DNA of 15,859 bases from Pseudomonadota bacterium (GTDB taxonomy: Bacteria > Bdellovibrionota_G > JALEGL01 > DATDPG01). Shown here in pieces: positions 8,022 through 15,286 of the stretch. Within the stretch, counting starts at the first letter, position 1. Each line of letters starts with the position of its first letter. The notes beneath the pieces are model-generated. The model worked only from the letters and a program-made list of their open reading frames with translations, searched no databases and was not told the DNA's origin. The stretch covers positions 1 to 15,859 of the forward strand of contig JAZDIZ010000081.1 in the NCBI GenBank assembly GCA_043804515.1. Reading direction: 5' to 3'. Made by a program: the position numbers and the translations under genes.

Positions 8022-11000
8022 TCACCCTGGGTGGGGGTATCTGGAGGTGCGCGGGGGCCGCAAAAGGATCCAAAAAACGAGTGCCAGAAGGCTCCATCCG
8101 GGCGCAGAGGTCGCACAGCCGCTGCTCACCGCCGGGGCTCGAGCCGGATTCTCGGAACCGGAAGCAGAAAGCGGCATTGGGTTTGTCGGGTCGGAAGCGG
8201 AAGGGGGCATCGGCCCGTCGGAGAGAAAGGGCCACACGTCGAGGGAGGAGGCTGTCGTGCCGCAAGGGTAAGCGCCGATGTCGGCGGGAGCGCCGGCTCG
8301 CGAGTCCGGCAGGCCGCTGCGGAGCGGAACGCCTCTCCCGCACGCCGGGCTGTCGGAGGCAAGGAGGAAGTCCGAAGGTTTGTGATTCTCCGACTGCGCC
8401 GTCAGCGTCCAGTCGGCGCCGGAAGGCGTCGCCTCAAACTGAAAGGGATCGACCCGAAATCGCGGATCCGTGCCGAGTTTGGGCGTGTCGCCGAGGCCGT
8501 TCTCCTCGATGGGGCTCGTTAGCGCCGCGACGGTGTCCTTGCCGTCGCAAAGGTGATCGGAGCCTCCCGTCATGCTCGAGTTGCGCTTGAAGTAGAGATC
8601 GCCGTCGATGATCTGGTTCGATCCCGTCGAATAGCTCCCGTGGACTTGGTCGTTGACCATCACGAGGATGTTGTTCGCGATGTCCGTGTCGGCCGGATAT
8701 GCGATCCGGCCCAGATTGATCCCCCCCTGGGCGTTCAGCATGACGAGCGTGTTCTGGTAGTAATGGGTGTTCCCGTCCGTGTAGCCCGACCCGCCCTGTT
8801 TGAACATGTACTCGAAGCCGAAGCGCCCGCCGCCGTTCCAGGTGTTGATCCCCGCTTCGCGGTTGACCGGCGGGTTCTGGAAGAATGCCACCACGTTGCG
8901 GTAGATGTGGATGGGTCCCGTGATGTGGCCGCCCACCGGCCCTCTCGTGTCCTGCGCCACGGAGAACGCGACAAGACAGTTCTGGATGTAGTTCTCGTAG
9001 ATCTCCAGGTGCTTCATGTCGGTGGTGCCTTCGAGCTCGAAGGCGTCATCACCGCAATTCTCCATTCGGTTGTGATGGACGAAGAGTTTGTCCTCATCGG
9101 TGTTCGTCCCGACCAAATCTTGGCCGCTCCCCTGGATGTGGCTGTACGAAATCTCCCAGTCGTGGGCGCCGTAGCGCATGTCGACGGACGTCGTGCGGGA
9201 CTTGTCGGCGACCATCGGGGAGTCCTTCATGTCGCTCCAGAAGATCCAGTAGGGATAGTCCCCGTAGATGCGCGAGAAGGTGATTTTGACGTTGTAGGCT
9301 CCGGGGGAGGCCTTGGCGGCGATCGCGTGGTCGCCGACCCACGCCTCAAGTCCGTCAAAGGTGATGTCGTGGGCGCCCGCGTCGAGGTAGACGCTGTCTT
9401 GCGCCTGGTTGATCGTCAGGTCCTTGAAGACAAGGTATGAGCCCGTGACCTTGAGAGTGTAGGAGGCCTGAGACAGGATGATCGAATAGTCGCGCGGGTC
9501 CGCGTTCTCCACGGGAAAGACCTGGCCGTAGCGGGCCTCCGCGTTGCGCATGTCCGTGGTCTTGGCGAGGCGGATGCGGAGGGTCCCGTCGGTCTCCCGG
9601 AACGTTCCGGGGCCGACGTAGAAGGCCGAGGAGTTGTACTGGTCCGTGATGGCGCGGAACGATTCGGCGGTTTGATACGACACGAGGTGCATTCGCGGGC
9701 GGGGATAGCCCGCGATGCCCGCGACATAGCCGTAGATCGTTCCCCCCGAGGCGTACTCATTGACCGAGCGGTACTCGCCCAGCTCGGCGTTCACCAATTC
9801 CCAGTCGCTGTTGCCCGCGGCGCGAAACTCCGCCGGCCCGGAGTCGATCGTCGCGCGTTCGCCGGGGTAGGACTGGATGGTAATGCGGGCTTCGGCGGTT
9901 CCGCTCTTGGACATCGTGGGGGCCTCAAAGTACGTGCCGCCGCGGAGGTTGAGCGTGTCGCCGGCCTGAAGACACCCGAAGCCGGCGGCGACGCTCTTCT
10001 TGGGCGTGGATAGGCTCTGCGCCAGAGCGCAGCTGTTACCGTCGTTTCCGCTGGTGGCCGAGACGTAGTAGGTGGTGGCGGCGAGGGCGTCGGAGCCGAT
10101 CGTGGCCGCCATGAAGAAGATCGATCGAACGATCGGGCGGGAATGCCGCGACTTCCGGATGAGGCCCCCGAACGTGAGTGCGAGAAGGAGCAGCGGTGTC
10201 GTGCCGGCCGCACAGCCGCCGCCGACGCGCGCGGTGGTTTCGCTCGGATTCTGCTGATTCGGATTGATGTTGTTTTGAGGCAGATCGGTCGTGTTCGGCG
10301 GCTGCGGAAGCTGGTCCTGCTGGGGAGTCCCGATCACGAACGAGTCGACGACCGAGCCTTCGCTGCAAACGAGCTTCGTCCCTTGCTGGGCGGACGGGAT
10401 CTGCGACCCGCAGGGGATGTCGTCGCGGCCGCTGGAGGGGCCGCAAATGAACTCGCCCACTAGGCCGCCGTGGTAAAAGCGCAGGCGAACCGGTCCCGTG
10501 TGCATCACGCGATACATCGTCCAGCCGGCGCAGCCGGAGGAAACCGCTTCGAGGCTCGCACCCCCCGTACCGGCCGTGATGTGCGTGACGTTGTGGGTCT
10601 GAGCCGGATCCGATCGTTCGTAGTTGTGGCTGTGGCCGTTGAGGTTGAGGACGTACTTGTCATACGTGTCGCCCAAGCCATCGAGAATCGTCCGAAGCGC
10701 CGAGTCGCCCGAGTGATAACCGGTGGAATAGGCGGGCCGGTGGCCGAACGTCACGATGAATTGAATGGCCGGATCGCTCTGGGCGGTGTCCATGACGCCG
10801 GCCGGGCTCCCGCCGCACCCCGAGAGCTGGTTGCTCATTTTGCATTTCCAGTCGGTCCACGCGGAGGATTGGTAGGGTTCGGGATAAGCGATGAAGCGGA
10901 CGTTGCCATAGTCGAACCAGTACCAGTCCTCGCCCAGTGTCGCCCCTCCGTCGCTGAGTGGCACGTCCGGTGAAGCTTGGCTGTTCGGAAAATCGAAGAA

Positions 11001-11696
11001 GCCTTTGTAGTTCCGGAGATTATCGCTTGATCCTCTGCCCCACTCGTGGTTTCCCCAAATGGCCATATCGGCGGCTTCCAATGCCCAACCGTTGGGTGAG
11101 TCGAGGGTTCCCGTTCCCCGGATGAGATCGTTGAAGTGGGCGTGATAGTCGATCTCGCTCCCGCCGTCCGCATAAGTTAAGTCCCCCGGCATCAGGACAA
11201 AGTGCGGCTTGATATCTCCGATGAGTTTCTGCACGGCCGGTACGTTTGCATAACCGCGTTCCGCGCTGCCAAGGTCGGCTTGGGCAACCACGGTGTAAAC
11301 GGAGGAGCCGCGCGGAACCGGCGTCCGGAAGGTGCGATCGCCACTGCCGGCGATCGAATAGTGATAGATCGTATTCTCCCACAGACCCGTGAGCTTGGCC
11401 TCAAGGTACGCGGGACAAGCCGATGAATCCGATGACCCCGGCCACGGGAGCGGGTCGGGCACCGTGCCCGGAGCGCTCCGGTCGTAACTTGACGTCAGAC
11501 CGTATCGGATCGTGTCCTCCTTCGTGCCGCACCATTCGAAAGTCACCGAAGTCTGCCCCGTGAATGTCCAATGGATCTGATCGGCCGCATTTGCCGGGGA
11601 AAGAATGGCGAGAAACGTCAGGAACGCCCAATATCGAGCCCTCCGGAGCGACCCGAAAAGGTGTCCCGATGCGGACACAATAGTTACCCTAATCAC
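8022..11696 (-). CDS. Large secreted/surface protein: FN3-like + purple acid phosphatase domain, internal anchor and second signal peptide, right-handed beta-helix domain, C-terminal Cys-TM-basic anchor
   Basis: N-terminal signal peptide (...LSPANA|ADQIH). PAP motifs DLG, GDLTY, GNHE, FGHRP, GHSH. TTYYVSATSGND...LQAGDTLNLRGGTY...GTAEARITIQSYPGE is a typical beta-helix N-cap. C-terminus SSGCATSAPGWSLLALVFWILLRPPR. Start is GTG 11696 or GTG 11678. Confidence 0.85.
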   Translation of the reverse strand: MIRVTIVSASGHLFGSLRRARYWAFLTFLAILSPANAADQIHWTFTGQTSVTFEWCGTKEDTIRYGLTSSYDRSAPGTVPDPLPWPGSSDSSACPAYLEAKLTGLWENTIYHYSIAGSGDRTFRTPVPRGSSVYTVVAQADLGSAERGYANVPAVQKLIGDIKPHFVLMPGDLTYADGGSEIDYHAHFNDLIRGTGTLDSPNGWALEAADMAIWGNHEWGRGSSDNLRNYKGFFDFPNSQASPDVPLSDGGATLGEDWYWFDYGNVRFIAYPEPYQSSAWTDWKCKMSNQLSGCGGSPAGVMDTAQSDPAIQFIVTFGHRPAYSTGYHSGDSALRTILDGLGDTYDKYVLNLNGHSHNYERSDPAQTHNVTHITAGTGGASLEAVSSGCAGWTMYRVMHTGPVRLRFYHGGLVGEFICGPSSGRDDIPCGSQIPSAQQGTKLVCSEGSVVDSFVIGTPQQDQLPQPPNTTDLPQNNINPNQQNPSETTARVGGGCAAGTTPLLLLALTFGGLIRKSRHSRPIVRSIFFMAATIGSDALAATTYYVSATSGNDGNSCALAQSLSTPKKSVAAGFGCLQAGDTLNLRGGTYFEAPTMSKSGTAEARITIQSYPGERATIDSGPAEFRAAGNSDWELVNAELGEYRSVNEYASGGTIYGYVAGIAGYPRPRMHLVSYQTAESFRAITDQYNSSAFYVGPGTFRETDGTLRIRLAKTTDMRNAEARYGQVFPVENADPRDYSIILSQASYTLKVTGSYLVFKDLTINQAQDSVYLDAGAHDITFDGLEAWVGDHAIAAKASPGAYNVKITFSRIYGDYPYWIFWSDMKDSPMVADKSRTTSVDMRYGAHDWEISYSHIQGSGQDLVGTNTDEDKLFVHHNRMENCGDDAFELEGTTDMKHLEIYENYIQNCLVAFSVAQDTRGPVGGHITGPIHIYRNVVAFFQNPPVNREAGINTWNGGGRFGFEYMFKQGGSGYTDGNTHYYQNTLVMLNAQGGINLGRIAYPADTDIANNILVMVNDQVHGSYSTGSNQIIDGDLYFKRNSSMTGGSDHLCDGKDTVAALTSPIEENGLGDTPKLGTDPRFRVDPFQFEATPSGADWTLTAQSENHKPSDFLLASDSPACGRGVPLRSGLPDSRAGAPADIGAYPCGTTASSLDVWPFLSDGPMPPSASDPTNPMPLSASGSENPARAPAVSSGCATSAPGWSLLALVFWILLRPPRTSRYPHPG

Positions 11697-11708
11697 CGCT
11701 TATTTTAA

Positions 11709-11724
11709 AGCAACATCTGGGCCA
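11709..11724 (-). promoter_or_regulatory. Sigma54 (-24/-12) promoter of the large surface-protein gene
   Basis: Minus strand TGGCCCAGATGTTGCT (GG-N10-GC). IHF-like TTTCAATTGGTTA lies upstream at 11752-11764. Confidence 0.7.
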
Positions 11725-11771
11725 AAGCCGGAAAGAGTCAATTGTTTGTGATTTCAATTGGTTAGGATTAC

Positions 11772-11835
11772 ACAGTACGCGATTTGTGGCGGGGCGCATG
11801 CAAACTTTTGTTAACGGTACGCAATTTGTGTCGGG
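11772..11835. promoter_or_regulatory. Two 22-bp direct repeats 42 bp apart, candidate enhancer-binding-protein sites
   Basis: ACAGTACGCGATTTGTGGCGGG (11772-11793) and ACGGTACGCAATTTGTGTCGGG (11814-11835), 19/22 identical, upstream of the sigma54 and IHF-like sites. Confidence 0.55.
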
Positions 11836-11847
11836 CACGTGAGTCCG

Positions 11848-11954
11848 GGGACAGATATGGACCTGCCCCTTTGTTCAACGGCGTCATAATGCGCCAGAAT
11901 TGGGTATTCGCGGTCCAATAAGACGCAACCAATTCATTTGAAAGGAGCAGGTCC
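11848..11954 (+). repeat. 91-bp repeat, right copy (11848-11938), extended into a REPIN-like unit
   Basis: 89/91 identity to the reverse complement of 7891-7981. GGACCTGCCCCTTT (11859-11872) pairs with AAAGGAGCAGGTCC (11941-11954) at 13/14. Confidence 0.85.
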
Positions 11955-12140
11955 GATGAAAGACGTTAGTTGTCCGAAAACCGACCGCGATTCTTTATCC
12001 GGTTACCGGTGAAAGGACTTCAGCTTCCGGGTTCCGGAAATCCCACGCAGCAACCGGTTTAAGTGTGGCCTCCAATGGTTTCACTTGCGGAAAGGTGGCG
12101 GCGGGCGCTACAACTGCCTCCATCCAACAAGGGAGGCGCC

Positions 12141-12944
12141 GTGAAAGCATTCTTGTTTGCATCGATTTTGTTCCCCACGCTGGCCTTGGCCGCATCGGAA
12201 GGCTTGCGGGTCGTATACGACATCGATTTTCCAGGAGAGACCGCGAATTCGGCCCGCACGAAGATCAAGGCGCGATATTTCATCCAGGAGGGGGCCGTCC
12301 GGTTCGAAACCGAAGCTGCCGCGCCGGCCCAAAGCACGGTTTTGATCGGGAAGGCGCAACCCAGAAAAGCCTTCCTCATCTTCCCGAGCCGGAAGGCCTA
12401 CATGGAAATCCCCGAAACGAAAGCGACTTCGGCCGACCGGAAGGCTCAAACCGAAGTCCCGTTCAAAGCCACGGGACAGAAGAAGGAAATCGCGGGCTAC
12501 AGCTGCCAGGTTGTGGCACGTGAGTTGACGGACCAGAAAGAAGAAGCCTGCACGTCCGAGAAACTCGTCAAGGATCTGAAAAATCTGCAATCCGCGTTAC
12601 CGGCGTCGAAGGGGTCCAAAGGCTCGATCCCGAAAGGGATGGACGGGTTCCCTCTCGAATACCAGGTGCTCAACAAGAAGGCCACGGACGGGAAGAATGA
12701 GTCCGCAATGACGATGCGGGTCGCGGAAGTCAAACGGGAAAAATTCAACTCCTCGCTGTTCGAGGTTCCGAGCGGATACCAAAAGCAGGAAATGCCGGCC
12801 ATGCCCACGAACGCCGGAAAGGGGATGTCTCCGGGCGGAACCAAAGGCCAGCAGAAGCTGCCTCCGGGCTTTGAACAGAAGCTCCAGGAAATGAAGAAGA
12901 TGATGCAGGAACAACAGAACCAAAAGCTTCAACAGCCGCAATAG
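12141..12944 (+). CDS. Secreted DUF4412-like protein
   Basis: GGAGG RBS before GTG 12141, signal peptide (..PTLALA|A), motifs FKATGQKKEIAGYSC, GFPL and LFEVPSGYQK, and a Met/Gln-rich tail. Confidence 0.8.
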   Translation: MKAFLFASILFPTLALAASEGLRVVYDIDFPGETANSARTKIKARYFIQEGAVRFETEAAAPAQSTVLIGKAQPRKAFLIFPSRKAYMEIPETKATSADRKAQTEVPFKATGQKKEIAGYSCQVVARELTDQKEEACTSEKLVKDLKNLQSALPASKGSKGSIPKGMDGFPLEYQVLNKKATDGKNESAMTMRVAEVKREKFNSSLFEVPSGYQKQEMPAMPTNAGKGMSPGGTKGQQKLPPGFEQKLQEMKKMMQEQQNQKLQQPQ

Positions 12945-13026
12945 TTCGCATTATTCATGAGACGCCTCGAGTCACTACGAAACGGTCAGATTTGGCGCAG
13001 ATCAAGGCGGACGTCGAGCACAGACC

Positions 13027-13091
13027 ACCGACCATACAGATTCACGGGGATAGGCCGAGCCGGTGCAGGGCCAGACCCGATGAAGCTGTCG
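13027..13091 (+). repeat. Hairpin insert 1 within MITE copy B (~65 nt)
   Basis: Absent from copy A. Stems ACAGATTCA/TGAAGCTGT, CGGG/CCCG, GGCC/GGCC; apex GAGCCGGTGCAG (13057-13068). Confidence 0.75.
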
Positions 13092-13125
13092 GGAGGTTGG
13101 CTGGAAACGCCAATGAGGACTGCGC

Positions 13126-13197
13126 ATTGCAAACCTGCCAAAAATAAGGTGCCTCGAATGCGAGCTGGCGCAGCATTCGACACAACGGCAGGTTTGC
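13126..13197 (+). repeat. Hairpin insert 2 within MITE copy B (~70 nt)
   Basis: Absent from copy A. Perfect 11-bp stem GCAAACCTGCC(13129-13139)/GGCAGGTTTGC(13187-13197), inner stem TCGAATGC/GCATTCGA, apex GAGCTGGCGCAG (13162-13173). Confidence 0.8.
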
Positions 13198-13213
13198 TGC
13201 GCCCAACGCAGAG

Positions 13214-13278
13214 CAAACTGCCGACGTGTGTTCGTGCTCGCCGGCTCGCACTCAGACATTGGGATTTCGGCAGTTTGA
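13214..13278 (-). repeat. Hairpin insert 3 within MITE copy B (~65 nt, opposite orientation)
   Basis: Absent from copy A. Perfect 11-bp stem CAAACTGCCGA(13214-13224)/TCGGCAGTTTG(13267-13277). The apex reads GAGCCGGCGAG on the minus strand (13237-13247). Confidence 0.8.
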
Positions 13279-13326
13279 ATGGCAAATATGCCGTTTCCCT
13301 CGTGAATTATTTGGGATAGCCGTCAC

Positions 13327-14856
13327 GTGGGGAAGTTCTACATAACAACGGCGATCGATTACGCCAATTCGACGCCCCACTTGGGGACCGCGTACGAGAA
13401 GATCGGCGCGGACGTCATCGCGCGTTACCGGCGGCTTGCGGGGGACGAAGTGCTCTTTGTCATGGGGAACGACGAGCACTCGCAAAATGTCCGGCGCAAG
13501 GCGGAGGAACTCAAGCAGGATCCGAAAACGTACTGCGACCGCATGGCGGAAGAGTTCCAAACCACCTGGAGGGAGCTGGGCGTTTCGAACGATTTCTTCA
13601 TCCAGACCTCCAGCCCCCAGCATCATAGTGTCGTGCGCGAAATCGCGGCGCGGATCTTCAAAGCGCGGGACCGGAAAGGGCAACCGGTCATCTTCAAGGC
13701 TCCGTACGAGGGCTATTACTGCGTTTCCTGCGAAGCCTTTTACGAGGGAGCGGACCTTAAGGACGGAGTTTGCCCCAATCACAAGGTGAAGCCGGAATGG
13801 ATCCGGGAGAAGAATTATTTCTTCCGCCTCTCCGCGTTTTCGGACCGCCTCAAGGAGCTTTACGCCGCGCAACCGGACTTCCTGCGGCCGGAACCGCGAC
13901 GGAACGAAATTCTCAAAGTGTTGGAGCGCGGGTTGGAGGACATTTCCATTTCCCGGGCCAACAAGGACTGGGGAGTGCCCCTTCCGTTCGACGAGGGCGC
14001 CGTGGCGTACGTCTGGTTCGACGCCCTTATCAATTACATCTCGGCGGTGGCGCCCATCGGCGGCGAGAGATACGAGAAATTCTGGCCGGCTGATCTTCAT
14101 GTTATCGGGAAGGACATCACCCGGTTTCACTGCCTCATCTGGCCTGCGATGCTGATGGCCGCGGAATTACCGCTTCCCAAATCCGTGTGGGCTCACGGCT
14201 TTGTCTCCATTCGCGGGGAGAAAATGTCGAAAAGCCGCGGCAACGTGGCCGAACCGCGCACGCTGGCCGGAAACTTCGGCGCGGAGCCGTTGCGCTACCA
14301 CCTGATGCGGGAAGTGCCGTGGGACCGGGACGGGGACTTCTCGGAAGAGCGCTTGGTGGCGCGGTACAACGCGGACCTCGCGAATGACTTGGGGAACCTC
14401 GTGAGCCGGACGCTGACGATGGTGCGCAAATACCTGGGTGAAAAACTCGAACGCCCCACGCTCACGGTCCTGGGAGATGAAATCGGGCGGATCACGTCCA
14501 TCGTGGCGGAATACCGGAAGAGGATGGACGCCTACGCGATCGCCGAAGCACTGGATGAAGCTTGGAAGCTGATCTCCGAATCCAACCTCCTGATCGACCG
14601 GATGCAGCCGTGGGCATTGGCGAAGGACCCCGCCAACGAGACAAAACTGAAAGAATTGTTTTACGTCCTCCTGGAACGGATCCGGTGGGCCGGGATCCTT
14701 CTTTCGCCGGTGATGCCCGAGAAGAGCTCCCAAATCTTCTCCGTTCTGGGTCTTGAGGTTTCCAAGCCCCTGCGTCTGGATCAGGTTTCTCCTGCCGGCG
14801 AGCAACCGTTCTTTGCGCCCAAAACCCCGGCGCCTCTTTTCCCGCGAATCAGCTGA
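13327..14856 (+). CDS. metG: Methionine--tRNA ligase (short form, no C-terminal Trbp111/EMAP-like domain)
   Basis: FYITTAIDYAN..PHLGTAYE, GNDEHSQ, YEGYYCVSCE..CPNH, DISISR..WGVP, YVWFDALINY, GKDITRFH, KMSKSRGN, LANDLGNL. GTG start. Confidence 0.97.
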   Translation: MGKFYITTAIDYANSTPHLGTAYEKIGADVIARYRRLAGDEVLFVMGNDEHSQNVRRKAEELKQDPKTYCDRMAEEFQTTWRELGVSNDFFIQTSSPQHHSVVREIAARIFKARDRKGQPVIFKAPYEGYYCVSCEAFYEGADLKDGVCPNHKVKPEWIREKNYFFRLSAFSDRLKELYAAQPDFLRPEPRRNEILKVLERGLEDISISRANKDWGVPLPFDEGAVAYVWFDALINYISAVAPIGGERYEKFWPADLHVIGKDITRFHCLIWPAMLMAAELPLPKSVWAHGFVSIRGEKMSKSRGNVAEPRTLAGNFGAEPLRYHLMREVPWDRDGDFSEERLVARYNADLANDLGNLVSRTLTMVRKYLGEKLERPTLTVLGDEIGRITSIVAEYRKRMDAYAIAEALDEAWKLISESNLLIDRMQPWALAKDPANETKLKELFYVLLERIRWAGILLSPVMPEKSSQIFSVLGLEVSKPLRLDQVSPAGEQPFFAPKTPAPLFPRIS

Positions 14857-15060
14857 ACATAAGCGGCGGGAGCGAAATTTATTTTGACTCATTGCGCTAT
14901 AAGCCGCCTGGGGGGCGGATTTGCGGGTGGGACAAAAGTTTCCACACGCTCAGTTTCGGCGCAACAAGGGTTCTCCTCCGTTATCGGGTTTGCAGCCCTG
15001 GTTTTAAAATAAAGATAATAATATTCAATAGTTATAAAATGGCCCCTGTCCGGAAAAAGT

Positions 15061-15076
15061 TGGAACACACGTTGCA
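15061..15076 (+). promoter_or_regulatory. Sigma54 (-24/-12) promoter
   Basis: TGGAACACACGTTGCA (GG-N10-GC), preceded by an AT-rich tract (15002-15040) and followed by a purine-rich RBS and ATG 15101. Confidence 0.65.
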
Positions 15077-15100
15077 GTAAGGAAGGGGTGAGAAGACAAA

Positions 15101-15259
15101 ATGTTCATCCCAAGGCGAAAAGAAGATCGGGAAAAAGAGCGAAGGGAGCGGGAACACTCGCTGGTCCTGGAGCTTCCGCTGCCCCCTCCTCCGAAGCCCC
15201 GGAAGTCGGATGAAGATGAGTCCAAAACGCCCCGCGGCATTTGGACGATCGACATCTGA
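15101..15259 (+). CDS. 52-aa small hypothetical protein (not in the ORF track)
   Basis: MFIPRRKEDREKERREREHSLVLELPLPPPPKPRKSDEDESKTPRGIWTIDI*, with AAGGAAGGGG RBS and a sigma54 motif upstream. Confidence 0.65.
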   Translation: MFIPRRKEDREKERREREHSLVLELPLPPPPKPRKSDEDESKTPRGIWTIDI

Positions 15260-15286
15260 CGTCGAGTCCTTTAGATTACCCCAGAA

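Larger units (their letters stand above)
12945..13315 (+). mobile_element. 371-bp MITE-like element, copy B (expanded by three hairpin inserts)
   Basis: Colinear with copy A in four blocks (first block 73/82 identical; 30-nt exact match 13281-13310 = revcomp 7495-7524). ATAG is duplicated at 12941-12944 and 13316-13319. Confidence 0.8.

Noticed and set aside
7792..8590. ORFs 7792-8343 (-), 7852-8271 (+), 8031-8522 (+), 8081-8590 (+)
   Set aside because: They overlap the large gene and repeat DNA, with low-complexity Arg/Pro/Gly-rich translations.
12945..13315. CRISPR array or integron attC array
   Set aside because: No identical direct repeats with unique spacers, no RYYYAAC/GTTRRRY cores, no cassette ORFs, and no cas or intI gene.
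12957..13319. ORFs of 69-120 aa across MITE copy B
   Set aside because: They run through palindromic repeat DNA, have no protein-like motifs, and show no transposase signature.
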